A stretch of 64,000 bases of DNA from IMG/VR virus record IMGVR_UViG_3300025470_000021; one strand, written 5' to 3'. A model generated the notes under the pieces. The model was given only the letters and a program-made list of their open reading frames with translations, had not been told where the DNA came from and did no database searches. This document shows, piece after piece, positions 40,203 to 49,981 of this stretch (its first letter is position 1; each line of letters starts with the position of its first letter). The DNA is from an uncultured virus (IMG/VR IMGVR_UViG_3300025470_000021). Lineage: Duplodnaviria; Heunggongvirae; Uroviricota; Caudoviricetes. The position numbers and the translations under genes were made by a program.

Positions 40203-40643
40203 ATGGCGAGGGTAAAGCCAACAGAACCACGATCTGCATCAGAGGATGAGATCACAAGTCAAGCAAAAGAGTATGTCTTTTCTAAGAAACAGATTGAGTA
40301 TTTTGAAGCCAAGTCAAAAACTTTGCGAGATAAGTTATTTGCAAAAATTGATGAACTTGGTGAAGTAGATACCGAAGGCCACATCATTCTTGATCTACCA
40401 GAAGAGATAGATGGTGTTATTGGATTTAAAAAGCAACGCCGTGTATCTCGTAAGATCAATGAAGAAAAAGCCGAAGAGATTATTGAGGCCAAGAATCTTG
40501 GAGATCAACTATACAAGACTATCCGTGTCATTGATGAAGATGCGTTGATGGCTGCCCTGTACAGTGATCAACTTACTGAAGAAGAAATTGATGAAATGTA
40601 CCCACAGCAAATCACGTGGGCACTAACAATGAATAAGGGGTAA
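40203..40643 (+). CDS. Hypothetical protein
   Basis: AGGAGG RBS; 146-aa ORF. Confidence 0.65.
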   Translation: MARVKPTEPRSASEDEITSQAKEYVFSKKQIEYFEAKSKTLRDKLFAKIDELGEVDTEGHIILDLPEEIDGVIGFKKQRRVSRKINEEKAEEIIEAKNLGDQLYKTIRVIDEDALMAALYSDQLTEEEIDEMYPQQITWALTMNKG

Positions 40644-40651
40644 TTACACCT

Positions 40652-41122
40652 ATGCGCAGTGATGAAGAGATCGAGGCAGCCTTTGCTGATCTTGAGTACC
40701 TTCCTGGATCAAAGCGCAAGCGTCGTGATTTAGACCCAAAGGTTTCTCGCCGTAAAAGCGGTGAGAGTAATGGTTGGGATGAAAATCCAATCATTAAAAC
40801 TCTTGGTGGTAAAGAGACAGAGGTCTTCACTATCGGTGCATTGGCGCACGCGTTAGAGAAAACAATTGTTACCATCAGGATGTGGGAGCGCAAAGGGTAT
40901 ATCCCACGTGCCCCGTATCGACTACGGTCTAAGACCTTAAACGGTCAAAAGACTGGAGGAAATCGGGTTTATACTCGCGCCCTCATCGAGTCCGCTATTG
41001 AGGAATTCTCAAAGCGTGGCTTACTTGGTTCTGCTCGTGTTGAGTGGAATCAGTTCGATGACCTAACAGAGGCTTTAATACAGCGCTGGAAGGAAATCAT
41101 ATCAACCGAGAGCCAGACTTAG
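40652..41122 (+). CDS. MerR-like HTH DNA-binding protein
   Basis: FTIGALAHALEKTIVTIRMWERKGYIP...RVYT. Confidence 0.75.
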   Translation: MRSDEEIEAAFADLEYLPGSKRKRRDLDPKVSRRKSGESNGWDENPIIKTLGGKETEVFTIGALAHALEKTIVTIRMWERKGYIPRAPYRLRSKTLNGQKTGGNRVYTRALIESAIEEFSKRGLLGSARVEWNQFDDLTEALIQRWKEIISTESQT

Positions 41123-41175
41123 GCAACGTCTATGTACAACCGCCTCTGCCGTGCCTCACTACAGAAAGAAAACTA

Positions 41176-41847
41176 ATGCCTATCACACAACCAACCGTTG
41201 CTGCTGATGCGTATAGCGATGCTCTTGATCCAGATCAAGAAGACGCTACACCAAAAGTAGGAACAACAGTCCAGTCTGGTATGAGCGCTCTTGAAGCACT
41301 CTTAAAGCCAGAGTCATCTAACGAATATCCAACGGACTTTAAGTTCACCCCAGAGGCGCAACTTATTAAGTTCCTTAGCGATGAGCCATTTGCAGTTTAC
41401 GAGCAGCATTGGATTGAGCGCCCAAAGGGTCGCAAGTCTTTTGTTTGCACAGCAAACTCTGAAGGTGGCTGCCCACTCTGCGACATTCTAGGAGATAAGC
41501 CACGCGGCAAGTTCGCATGGAACGTCCTAGTTCTTAGCGGAGATTCACAGACAGTTCAGGTGTTTACAGCACCTCCTGTTCTTGCCCGTCAAATTGTCGC
41601 TGCTCACAAAGATGAGCGCAAAGGACCTCTTTCAAAAGAGTTCTGGGAAGTTTCTCGCATGGGTATGGGACCAACGACACAGTACAGCCTTAACTATGTC
41701 CGTGGTCGCGACCTTGCTGAGGAGTGGAAGTTAGACCTTGATCAGGTCAACGCTCTCGTAGCAAATGCTGTTCCTTACACAGCCGCACAAGTAGTTCGCG
41801 AATCCCCTCGCTCCGAACTTCTTGAAGTCGCTCGCTCCGTAGAGTAA
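41176..41847 (+). CDS. Single-stranded DNA-binding protein (gp32-like)
   Basis: IKFL...QHW...C......CPLC; immediately upstream of polymerase. Confidence 0.65.
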   Translation: MPITQPTVAADAYSDALDPDQEDATPKVGTTVQSGMSALEALLKPESSNEYPTDFKFTPEAQLIKFLSDEPFAVYEQHWIERPKGRKSFVCTANSEGGCPLCDILGDKPRGKFAWNVLVLSGDSQTVQVFTAPPVLARQIVAAHKDERKGPLSKEFWEVSRMGMGPTTQYSLNYVRGRDLAEEWKLDLDQVNALVANAVPYTAAQVVRESPRSELLEVARSVE

Positions 41848-41858
41848 CTTCCAATCAT

Positions 41859-41900
41859 AGAAGAGAGCCAGCCCCTATCACTGGCTCTCTTCTTCTACTT
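41859..41900 (+). terminator. Rho-independent terminator
   Basis: 13-bp stem AGAAGAGAGCCAG/CTGGCTCTCTTCT. Confidence 0.8.
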
Positions 41901-41912
41901 TAAGAGGGATAA

Positions 41913-43913
41913 ATGAATATCATTACAACCAAAGAACAGTTACAAGATCTTGTCGAGTATTACTTAAAACAACCCAGTTACGCCTTTGATGTGGAAACAG
42001 TTGGAGAAAACCGTATCCAACCTGTAGTCAACGATGTGTTATGGATTTCTTTAGCGACTGAAGGTCGCGTAGATGTTATTCCTATGGGTCACCCTAATGG
42101 TGAGTTCATTCGCTGGGATAAAGACATGTTAAAAGGCGGTCTTGCTAAACTAGCCAAAGGCAAACCAGTAACAGACGCAGATTACTCAAAGAATAAAGCA
42201 AACTGGAGACCAGTATTTGGTCCAGCCCCTAAGCAATTACTTCCTGGAGATGTATTTAAAGCATTAAAGCCACTGTTCTTCAGTGACAAGTTAAAGATCG
42301 GTCACAACGTTAAGTTTGATTTAAAGTCAATTGCTAAGTACTACCGTGGTGTAGTTCCTACTAAGCCTTTCTTTGATACCTTGATGGCATCATTTATCAT
42401 CGACAATCGCAATCGTTTAGGTTTAGGTTTGGCTGATTGCTCTAAGCGTGAGTTAGGTATTGTTGTTGAAAAGGGTGTAGGAGCACAGGTAGAAGTTCAT
42501 TCATTTGAAGATGTTGCTAAGTACTCAGGTATTGATGCCGATGTTACATGGCAGTTGTACAAGGCTTTAGAGCCACGACTTGAAGGAAGTCTTAAGGCCG
42601 TATGGAAATTAGAGATGGATGTAGTTGCTGCACTCTGCGATATGGAGTTAGCAGGAGCAACTATTGATACTGAGCAGTTGTCTGCTCTTAAGGCTCGTAT
42701 TGATAAAGACTTAGACGATGCCAAAGCCCGTGCATGGAAGATTACTGGAGAAGCCTTTTCCCTTAACTCCATCCCAGAAAAGCAAAAAGTATTATTCAGT
42801 CCTAAGAGTGAGGGTGGTCGTGGGTTAAAGCCCAACACCCGTTTAAAAATTGCCCTTACACCAAAAGGATTTGCGCAGAAGAATGCAGGACAACCGCTAG
42901 GTATCCAACACTATTCAGTATCTTCAGATGCTCTTGAGTTGTTTAGGGGAACTGATGATCTTGTTGATGCGCTGTTGGATTACCAAGATTTAAATAAGTT
43001 AATGACTACCTATGTAATGCCGTATCTTGGTGGAGACATTACACGTACTAACTTGGGTAAAGCAAAGATCATTAAGAAAGATTCACTGCTTGTTAAAGGT
43101 AAAGTTCACACCAACTTCAAAGCGCATGGTGCTGAGACTGGTCGATTCTCTTCTTCAGAACCTAACTTGCAAAACATTCCTAGCGGTGGTGAATACGGCA
43201 AGTTAATTCGCAACTTGTTTATTGCACCTGAAGGTTACAAGTTAGTTGTTGCTGACTACTCTCAGATCGAACCACGCATCATCGCAGCCTTTTCCAATGA
43301 TCCAATTCTTATGAAGAACTACCTAGAGAATGGGGATGTGTACACCACAATTGGTGACACGGTAGGACTTAACCGTAAAGCAGGTAAGGTCTTGGTGTTG
43401 GCAATGTCTTACGGCGTAGGCCCAGACAAGATTGCAGAACAACTAGGCCTATCATTAAAAGAAGCCAAAGACCTTCTTGAGGACTTTACAGGACGATTCC
43501 ACGACATCGCTAAGTACAAGGCCAAAGTGGTTCGACTCGCAGAAAATAAACGCCCAACCCCATATGTAGAAACTCTATTAGGAAGACGTCGTTATCTTCC
43601 AGAGTTACGTAGCAATGAGAAAGGGTTAAGAGCACGGGCAGAAAGACAGGCATTTAACACCGTAATTCAAGGATCTGCTGCAGATATCATGAAATTAGCC
43701 ATTGTTCGGGCACATTCTTGTTTTGTTGACGAACCAGAGGTAAATGTCCTCTTGACTGTGCATGATGAACTGGTTACTGTTACGCCAGAACATCTTGCTG
43801 ATGAGGTAGCGGAGGCAATCCGCGTGTCTATGGAGGGAATTTCTTTCCCACAGATTACAGTTCCTCTTATTGCAGATGTAAAAGTAGTAGACAAATGGGG
43901 AGAAGCAAAATGA
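41913..43913 (+). CDS. polA: DNA polymerase family A with 3'-5' exonuclease
   Basis: FDVET, GHNVKFD, TGRFSSSEPNLQNIP, ADYSQIEPR, IQGSAAD, VHDEL. Confidence 0.97.
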   Translation: MNIITTKEQLQDLVEYYLKQPSYAFDVETVGENRIQPVVNDVLWISLATEGRVDVIPMGHPNGEFIRWDKDMLKGGLAKLAKGKPVTDADYSKNKANWRPVFGPAPKQLLPGDVFKALKPLFFSDKLKIGHNVKFDLKSIAKYYRGVVPTKPFFDTLMASFIIDNRNRLGLGLADCSKRELGIVVEKGVGAQVEVHSFEDVAKYSGIDADVTWQLYKALEPRLEGSLKAVWKLEMDVVAALCDMELAGATIDTEQLSALKARIDKDLDDAKARAWKITGEAFSLNSIPEKQKVLFSPKSEGGRGLKPNTRLKIALTPKGFAQKNAGQPLGIQHYSVSSDALELFRGTDDLVDALLDYQDLNKLMTTYVMPYLGGDITRTNLGKAKIIKKDSLLVKGKVHTNFKAHGAETGRFSSSEPNLQNIPSGGEYGKLIRNLFIAPEGYKLVVADYSQIEPRIIAAFSNDPILMKNYLENGDVYTTIGDTVGLNRKAGKVLVLAMSYGVGPDKIAEQLGLSLKEAKDLLEDFTGRFHDIAKYKAKVVRLAENKRPTPYVETLLGRRRYLPELRSNEKGLRARAERQAFNTVIQGSAADIMKLAIVRAHSCFVDEPEVNVLLTVHDELVTVTPEHLADEVAEAIRVSMEGISFPQITVPLIADVKVVDKWGEAK

Positions 43914-44026
43914 AAACAATCTGTATGTTGTTTGGCCATAAGATGTACTCAATTACATGGGACCCAACACGATTTACTGTTCTATGTACTCGTTGCGAGC
44001 AGCGTTGGGAAAGCGCAGATGAGTGA
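43910..44026 (+). CDS. Small Cys/His protein (C.LFGH...C.RC)
   Basis: Hand-translated MKTICMLFGHKMYSITWDPTRFTVLCTRCEQRWESADE; overlaps both neighbours. Confidence 0.55.
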   Translation: MKTICMLFGHKMYSITWDPTRFTVLCTRCEQRWESADE

Positions 44027-44390
44027 TTTTTGGGCTAAGAAGTTAGGCACGCAGATACAGCAGCCTGCACAACAGGCTCGTCCAACAAACATGCCAGTAG
44101 CACCATCACAGATGCCGATGCAGCAGATGCCACAGCCCGCACAGCAACCAGTTCTTAGACTCCCAAGTTCAACACAAACTGGATCATGCCCAGATTGTGG
44201 ATCTGATAAGTACATGTCAGTTCAAGGTGCTAAAGCACGATGCATGGACTGTGGTTACCCAGTAGAACAATCAGGCAGTAAGTACGGATCACTAGCAGGA
44301 GCACACATTGAAGGCTCTGCTAAGGCAGCACGAGGAAACGACACAACAAATAACTACAACCCACAAAACATTATTGGAAGAGTGAATTAA
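44019..44390 (+). CDS. Zinc-ribbon protein
   Basis: CPDCGS...RCMDCGYP. Confidence 0.65.
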   Translation: MSDFWAKKLGTQIQQPAQQARPTNMPVAPSQMPMQQMPQPAQQPVLRLPSSTQTGSCPDCGSDKYMSVQGAKARCMDCGYPVEQSGSKYGSLAGAHIEGSAKAARGNDTTNNYNPQNIIGRVN

Positions 44391-45436
44391 TGAATGAAGA
44401 AGCAAGAAAAGTCATGGCCCTTCTTAATAAGAAGTTTGGCGATAATGTCGTTGTGGTTGCTTCAGACATTAGGTCTGATCTCATACCCCGTATCACATCG
44501 GGTTCTACTACTTTGGATTATGTTCTTGGTGGTGGTTTTCCTGGTAACCAATGGAATGAACTCATCGGAGAACCATCGCACGGCAAAACAGCCTTGGCGC
44601 TCAAGACAGTTGCTGCGAATCAGGCTCTAAACCCAGATCACACAACTGTGTGGGTTGCTGCAGAACAATGGGTTCCAGAGTATGCAGAGATGTGTGGCGT
44701 TGATACCTCACGAGTGATTGTTATCGAAACATCCATTATGGAAGAGGCTTACCAAGCCGTTATTAATTTTGCAGAGTCTAAATCTGTTGATGCGATTGTT
44801 ATTGATTCTCTTCCTGCTTTGTCTCCCGCACCCGAAATGGAAAAGGACATGGCTGAAGCGACTGTGGGACGAGGCGCATTACTTACTAATAAGTTTTTTC
44901 GCGTTGTAGGCACCGCTATGAAACGCTCTCTTACAGAAGACGAGCGTCCTGTTCTTGGCTTGATTATCAACCAATACCGCATGAAGATCGGAGTTATGCA
45001 TGGAGATCCTCGCACTACTCCAGGGGGAGAAGGTAAGAACTACGCGTTCTTCACTCGTTGCGAAGTCAAACGTGACGAATGGATTGAGGTTGGATCAGGT
45101 AATAATAAAGTTAGAGTGGGACAGCGAATTAAAGTACGGACACTTAAGAATAAAACTGCACCACCACAGCGTGTTGCTTACTTTGATTTTTATTTTGCAG
45201 AAGGCGGAGAATGCGCACCAGGAGAGTTTGACTTTGCCAAAGAAGTTGCTTCTCTTGCAGTAGTTAAAGAGATTATCACTCGTAAGGGTGGTTGGTACTA
45301 CTACGGAGAGCGTAAGTGGCAGGGTATTGAACCAGTTATTGCCAGTATTCGTGAAGAAGTGGATCTCAAAGAGGAGATTCAAAAGAAAGTATTTGAAACA
45401 TCAGACCTACCTATGGGAGACGCAGACGATGAGTGA
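44390..45436 (+). CDS. recA: RecA/UvsX-like recombinase
   Basis: GEPSHGKT, IVIDSL, INQYRMKIGVMHGDP.TTPGG, KNKTAPP. Confidence 0.96.
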   Translation: MNEEARKVMALLNKKFGDNVVVVASDIRSDLIPRITSGSTTLDYVLGGGFPGNQWNELIGEPSHGKTALALKTVAANQALNPDHTTVWVAAEQWVPEYAEMCGVDTSRVIVIETSIMEEAYQAVINFAESKSVDAIVIDSLPALSPAPEMEKDMAEATVGRGALLTNKFFRVVGTAMKRSLTEDERPVLGLIINQYRMKIGVMHGDPRTTPGGEGKNYAFFTRCEVKRDEWIEVGSGNNKVRVGQRIKVRTLKNKTAPPQRVAYFDFYFAEGGECAPGEFDFAKEVASLAVVKEIITRKGGWYYYGERKWQGIEPVIASIREEVDLKEEIQKKVFETSDLPMGDADDE

Positions 45437-45674
45437 TCGTGAGTTCATTATCAATGACGAACAGTGGGCTCACGATCTTGAAAAAGGCGTAGAAGAGTAC
45501 ACAGATATGCTCTTTGAAGCAGTCTGGGAAAGTTCTGATGACGAGATTGTAGAGACAAAATCAGGAGAACCATTCTGTGGTTGTTCTCAATGTTTTTGGC
45601 GAGAAGCCCTGTTCTTCCTTGTCCCTAAGTTGTTAAAGGGATACGAAGACGGGAAGATTGCACTTGAAAACTGA
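45429..45674 (+). CDS. Hypothetical protein
   Basis: PFCGCSQC; overlaps neighbours. Confidence 0.55.
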   Translation: MSDREFIINDEQWAHDLEKGVEEYTDMLFEAVWESSDDEIVETKSGEPFCGCSQCFWREALFFLVPKLLKGYEDGKIALEN

Positions 45675-45984
45675 AGGACAAAAACAATCACAAAAGCATG
45701 AAAAGAGATTAGCCAAAGCAGTTGGCGGTACTCGTAATGCTGGATCAGGTTCATTCTGGTCAAGAAAAGGCGATGTTAGATCTGATGACCTACTCATCGA
45801 GCACAAGTACACAGGGAAAAAAACGTACACACTTAAAGCGGTTGATTTAGAAAAGAATGTAACTCATGCAATCTTGGAAAGTCGGACGCCAGTCTTCGGC
45901 CTTAGTTTAAATGACAAGAATTATGTCATTCTTACCGAAGATGACTACTTAGAACTTCGGGAGAAACTTAGGGACAATGATTGA
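45658..45984 (+). CDS. PD-(D/E)XK Holliday-junction resolvase-like nuclease
   Basis: E.RLA...GSGS...KGDV.....IEHK. Confidence 0.75.
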   Translation: MHLKTEGQKQSQKHEKRLAKAVGGTRNAGSGSFWSRKGDVRSDDLLIEHKYTGKKTYTLKAVDLEKNVTHAILESRTPVFGLSLNDKNYVILTEDDYLELREKLRDND

Positions 45985-46321
45985 CGATGAGACGCCGTGG
46001 TGGGCTAGTGCTCGCTGCTATGGAGCCGCACCAAAGTCCCAAGATGAAGAGGACATCTTTTATCCACCACGAGATAAGCAGAAGTACAAAGAAATTGCTG
46101 CAAAAGCAAAAGTGTATTGCTTTGGAGAGACAGGAAAGAATCCTTGTCCTGTCAGATTAGACTGTTTGTGGGATGCACTGAACAGGAATGAACCTCACGG
46201 TATTTGGGGAGGCCTAAGTCATCGTGAGCGAAATGCGTTGCACCGCAAGTATAAGAAAGACAAAAAGTCTCGTAAAACTACGTTGGCTTTCAAAGAATAC
46301 ATATTCGCTCAGGAAAGATAG
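45977..46321 (+). CDS. whiB: WhiB-family transcription factor
   Basis: W...ARC...F.P...AK..C...CPVRLDC...GIWGGLS..ER. Confidence 0.92.
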   Translation: MIDDETPWWASARCYGAAPKSQDEEDIFYPPRDKQKYKEIAAKAKVYCFGETGKNPCPVRLDCLWDALNRNEPHGIWGGLSHRERNALHRKYKKDKKSRKTTLAFKEYIFAQER

Positions 46322-46325
46322 GCCC

Positions 46326-47168
46326 ATGGCATCAGCACTAGATAAGTTTTTAGACGCTAAAAAAGTTCCAACACGATTGCTTGGTGATGTTGAACGGCAT
46401 ATGCTGAAGAGAACGCCTTCCCCTCGTTCTACTACAGTGTTTCACCCATCTGAAATCATCAAGCACGATTTTTGCCATAAGTACTCGTACTACCTCATGA
46501 CAGGCGGACCAAAGCCTATTGATAATCCTAATCTTAGATTGCAAAATATCTTTGATGAAGGACACTACATTCACGCTAAATGGCAAAAGCGCTTTCAAGA
46601 AATGGGCGTTCTTTATGGGGAGTTTGAGTGTGTATCATGCAAGACAGTTACTACAGCCACCTCTCCAGAGTGTGATGAGTGTGGTACTGACAAGACTATG
46701 GATTACCAGGAAGTCACACTCAAGGATGACGAACTCCGAATTGCTGGACATACCGATGGTTGGATTAAAGGCATAGGAGATGACTGCCTAATTGAAATCA
46801 AATCCATTGGTGCAGGAACATTTAGATTTGAAGCCCCAGAGTTGTTACTGGATGCCGATAACGATGCAGGTAAAGCATTTAAAAATATTCGTAGACCATT
46901 CCGTAGCCACTTACTGCAGGGACAGATGTACTTGGAGTTGGCTCATAGAATGTTTGGAAAAGATGCTCCTCAAGAGATCGTATTTCTATATGAACTAAAG
47001 GCTGACCAGTCATATAAAGAGTTCACTGTCAAGGCTGATTACGATGTAGTTGAGCCAGTCTTTAATAAGGTGCGTAAGATCCTTAAGTACATCGAAGATA
47101 AGACAATGCCCGTATGTAACGTCGACCCTAAGAACGGATGCAAATCATGCAACTCGATACCATCCTGA
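46326..47168 (+). CDS. Cas4-like PD-(D/E)XK exonuclease
   Basis: HPSE...C, GH.IH, GHTDG, IEIKS, Q.QMY, C-terminal Cys cluster. Confidence 0.8.
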   Translation: MASALDKFLDAKKVPTRLLGDVERHMLKRTPSPRSTTVFHPSEIIKHDFCHKYSYYLMTGGPKPIDNPNLRLQNIFDEGHYIHAKWQKRFQEMGVLYGEFECVSCKTVTTATSPECDECGTDKTMDYQEVTLKDDELRIAGHTDGWIKGIGDDCLIEIKSIGAGTFRFEAPELLLDADNDAGKAFKNIRRPFRSHLLQGQMYLELAHRMFGKDAPQEIVFLYELKADQSYKEFTVKADYDVVEPVFNKVRKILKYIEDKTMPVCNVDPKNGCKSCNSIPS

Positions 47169-47593
47169 CCAAAGGAATAGATCTTCCAAAGCCTGCCTAT
47201 GAGCAGGCAGTACTGCCCCCAGATATCACGGCTCTAACCAGCGACCAACTGGCTGAGATGTTTACCGTCCTAACTGGGTGGGCGGATTATATGTCCTCTC
47301 AATTAGCCCAGGCTCAGATCGCTGAGAAGAAGGCGACACGGGCTGTGGAGTACGCGGAGAGTATGGCGCTCATCACAAAGACCCAAGAAGCCCCTAAGGG
47401 GGTAACAGTCACGCTTATCAAAGCACAGATCGACACGGACCCAGAGATCAACAAGTTGCGAGATGAGTACGACGAGAAGTATGCTTATCGTAAATTACTG
47501 GAGATGCTGTTGAGCAATCAGGAGCGAGACATTACTCTGGTTTCGAGGGAAATAACTCGGAGAACATCCGAGAGAATGAGGCGAGATTTATGA
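47138..47593 (+). CDS. Coiled-coil protein, possibly UvsY-like mediator
   Basis: Helical sequence ending SREITRR; recombination cluster context. Confidence 0.45.
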   Translation: MQIMQLDTILTKGIDLPKPAYEQAVLPPDITALTSDQLAEMFTVLTGWADYMSSQLAQAQIAEKKATRAVEYAESMALITKTQEAPKGVTVTLIKAQIDTDPEINKLRDEYDEKYAYRKLLEMLLSNQERDITLVSREITRRTSERMRRDL

Positions 47594-48486
47594 GAAAAGT
47601 ACTACTAGCATCAGCATTGGTTCTTGGCTTAATGAGCCCAGCACATGCTGACACAGCACAAACAATCGCAGTTATTGATTCGGGGATCAATACATCTCAG
47701 GTAACACACATTGTTGATGAAGTGTGTATTGTTGAAAACGGTTTTTGCCCAAATAATCAGAAGTTCATGGATGGAATTGGCGCAGCCAATACAGGTAACA
47801 CTGCAACAAATGCCAACCTAGTTCATGGAGATGAAATGATCTCCATCATTCAAAAGGTAAATCCATCAGCAAATATCATTCCTATCCGTATCATCGGACT
47901 TGTTGGCCCTAATATTCCATACCTCTACACAAACAACGCTGTAAAAATGGCACTTGATTGGGTCGTTGCAAACCACACCAAGTACAACATTACTGTTGTC
48001 AACGTTTCACAAGGCGGATTGTTTGCTGGCTGTCAGGTTCCTGCTGGAACAGCAGCAGATGTAGCAGCACTCAAGGCTGCAAACGTTGCCGTTATTGCTG
48101 CAACAGGCAACAACTCAAACCGTACAGCGATGAACTCAATCGCATGTTTGCCTGACGTAGTCTCTGTAGGAGCAACTGACAACCCAGATCCAGGTTCATC
48201 AGGTAAGCCATATGACATCAATGCAAAGCCAACTATTGCTAATTACAGCAACGGTAACTCTGCAACTAGTTTCTACTTAAATGCTCGTTGGTATGTTAAA
48301 GAGCCAACAGGTATTACAAAGTTTATGGTTGGAACATCAAATGCCACAGCAGCGATGTCTGCGTGGTGGGCACTAAACAACCAAGGAACATGGCAGTCTA
48401 CATACGACTGGATGGTTTCTAAATCTGTTCCAACAAGTAACTCATATTTGACTGGAAAATTTATTCCTCTTCCATGGCTATCGTAG
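47590..48486 (+). CDS. Secreted subtilisin-like (S8) serine peptidase
   Basis: Signal peptide ending AHA; IAVIDSG, HG.EM, AATGN, GTSNA catalytic motifs. Confidence 0.9.
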   Translation: MRKVLLASALVLGLMSPAHADTAQTIAVIDSGINTSQVTHIVDEVCIVENGFCPNNQKFMDGIGAANTGNTATNANLVHGDEMISIIQKVNPSANIIPIRIIGLVGPNIPYLYTNNAVKMALDWVVANHTKYNITVVNVSQGGLFAGCQVPAGTAADVAALKAANVAVIAATGNNSNRTAMNSIACLPDVVSVGATDNPDPGSSGKPYDINAKPTIANYSNGNSATSFYLNARWYVKEPTGITKFMVGTSNATAAMSAWWALNNQGTWQSTYDWMVSKSVPTSNSYLTGKFIPLPWLS

Positions 48487-49034
48487 GTTTAACAGGTTAC
48501 GCACGCTCTGGCAAGGATACTGTTGCAAGTATCCTTGTCAACGAGTATGGATTTACTCGCGTAGCATTTGCTGACAAAATCAAAGAATTGTTATGGCATG
48601 TAAATCCTTTATTAGAAACTTTTTATGACCTACAAAGTTCTGTTGACGAAATTGGTTGGGAAGAATCTAAAAAAGATTCGGAAGTTAGACGATTACTTCA
48701 AGATTTAGGTGTAGGTGCTCGTACAATTTTTGGAGAAGATTTTTGGGTTAATCAAGTAGTAGATAAGTTGGGGTGTGCTTGGGTAGGTTACGACAATAAC
48801 GTTGTAATAACTGATGTTAGATTTGTAAATGAAGCAGACGCCCTTAAGCGTGAAGGCGGACAACTCTGGCGAGTAAAACGACCAGGAGTAGAAGCAGTAA
48901 ATAACCACATCTCAGAGTCCAACATGGATTTTTACAAAGTAGATCAGATTTTGCACAACGGGGGAACCATAGAGGAACTAGAGTTACTAGTCCGACAACG
49001 AATGGATACCCTACTTGCCAACAAAACTAATTGA
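48474..49034 (+). CDS. Deoxynucleoside monophosphate kinase
   Basis: GLTGYARSGKDT, FADKIK, R.LLQDLG, ITDVRF.NE, HISE. Confidence 0.9.
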   Translation: MAIVGLTGYARSGKDTVASILVNEYGFTRVAFADKIKELLWHVNPLLETFYDLQSSVDEIGWEESKKDSEVRRLLQDLGVGARTIFGEDFWVNQVVDKLGCAWVGYDNNVVITDVRFVNEADALKREGGQLWRVKRPGVEAVNNHISESNMDFYKVDQILHNGGTIEELELLVRQRMDTLLANKTN

Positions 49035-49602
49035 AGGTAAACCAATACCACGAGATGCAAAAGTCTCTATTGGCATTGACCAATCGTTAACGGGATTTGC
49101 GCTAACAATCTTAGATACAACAACACCCACTAACTACATCACATGGGTATACAAGTCTCCATATTTTGGTATTGAACGGTTAGCAGACATTCGTCAATGG
49201 TTGACTGACAATCTGGGATATGCAGAAGAGCACTGGGATGTGCAAGACATTGCCATGGAAGGTACAGTCCTAGCAAGTCAGGCAGCCCTTGTCCTAGGAG
49301 AATTATCGGCCACGGTAAGACTGGCTATCTATGATTTCTTCCCAGAGGAAGACCCAAGACAGTTCCCACTCAAAGTGCCACCCATGACATTGAAGAAATA
49401 TGCAGCAGGTAAAGGCAACGCTAAAAAGCAAGAAATGTTGCTACAGATCTATAAAAGGTGGGGTATTGAGTTCAACGATGATAACGCAGCAGATTCCTAC
49501 GCCCTAGCAAGGCTTGTTGGAAAATTTTCAATTGATGCTGTCGAAAAGGCAGTAGTCGAACAGATGGAAGATCCCAAGTATAGGGACCAACCAAGACTGT
49601 AG
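49015..49602 (+). CDS. ruvC: RuvC-like resolvase
   Basis: IGIDQSLTG, MEG, P.TLKKYAAGKGNAKK, DNAADS. Confidence 0.85.
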   Translation: MPTKLIEGKPIPRDAKVSIGIDQSLTGFALTILDTTTPTNYITWVYKSPYFGIERLADIRQWLTDNLGYAEEHWDVQDIAMEGTVLASQAALVLGELSATVRLAIYDFFPEEDPRQFPLKVPPMTLKKYAAGKGNAKKQEMLLQIYKRWGIEFNDDNAADSYALARLVGKFSIDAVEKAVVEQMEDPKYRDQPRL

Positions 49603-49657
49603 GTATGTACCCTTCGTGTAGGGAGCGGCGCACTAACTCGACACAAAGGACTACAAA

Positions 49658-49945
49658 TTGACGACACCAACTCCACCATCTGGTGAAGATTTTCTTAAAG
49701 TAAGCGCTAGTTCCAATCCCCAGAGCGTTGCATCAGCAATCGCCCATGCATGCTATGACAAGCGTGAGGTCAAACTCCGTGCCGTAGGTGCTGGAGCCGT
49801 AAATCAGGCAGTCAAAGCAATTGCTATTGCCAGAGGTTATGTAGCCCCACGAGGCATGGATCTTACAGATAAGCCAGGGTTTACCACCATCGACTCTCGT
49901 GATGGGGCAATTTCTGCCATCGTATTTCACATTACAGCGTCTTAA
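49658..49945 (+). CDS. spoVS: SpoVS-family protein
   Basis: LKVSASSNPQSVASAIA...AVGAGAVNQAVKAIAIARGYVAP.G. Confidence 0.9.
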   Translation: MTTPTPPSGEDFLKVSASSNPQSVASAIAHACYDKREVKLRAVGAGAVNQAVKAIAIARGYVAPRGMDLTDKPGFTTIDSRDGAISAIVFHITAS

Positions 49946-49981
49946 AAGCGCCGTATCATAGACTCAAACTAAGGAGTCAAT

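Noticed and set aside
41115..41156. Possible gp32-type autoregulatory pseudoknot before the SSB gene
   Set aside because: Stems of only 4-5 bp; could be chance
46326..47168. CRISPR-Cas system suggested by the Cas4-like gene
   Set aside because: No array or other cas genes; solo Cas4-like nucleases are common in phages
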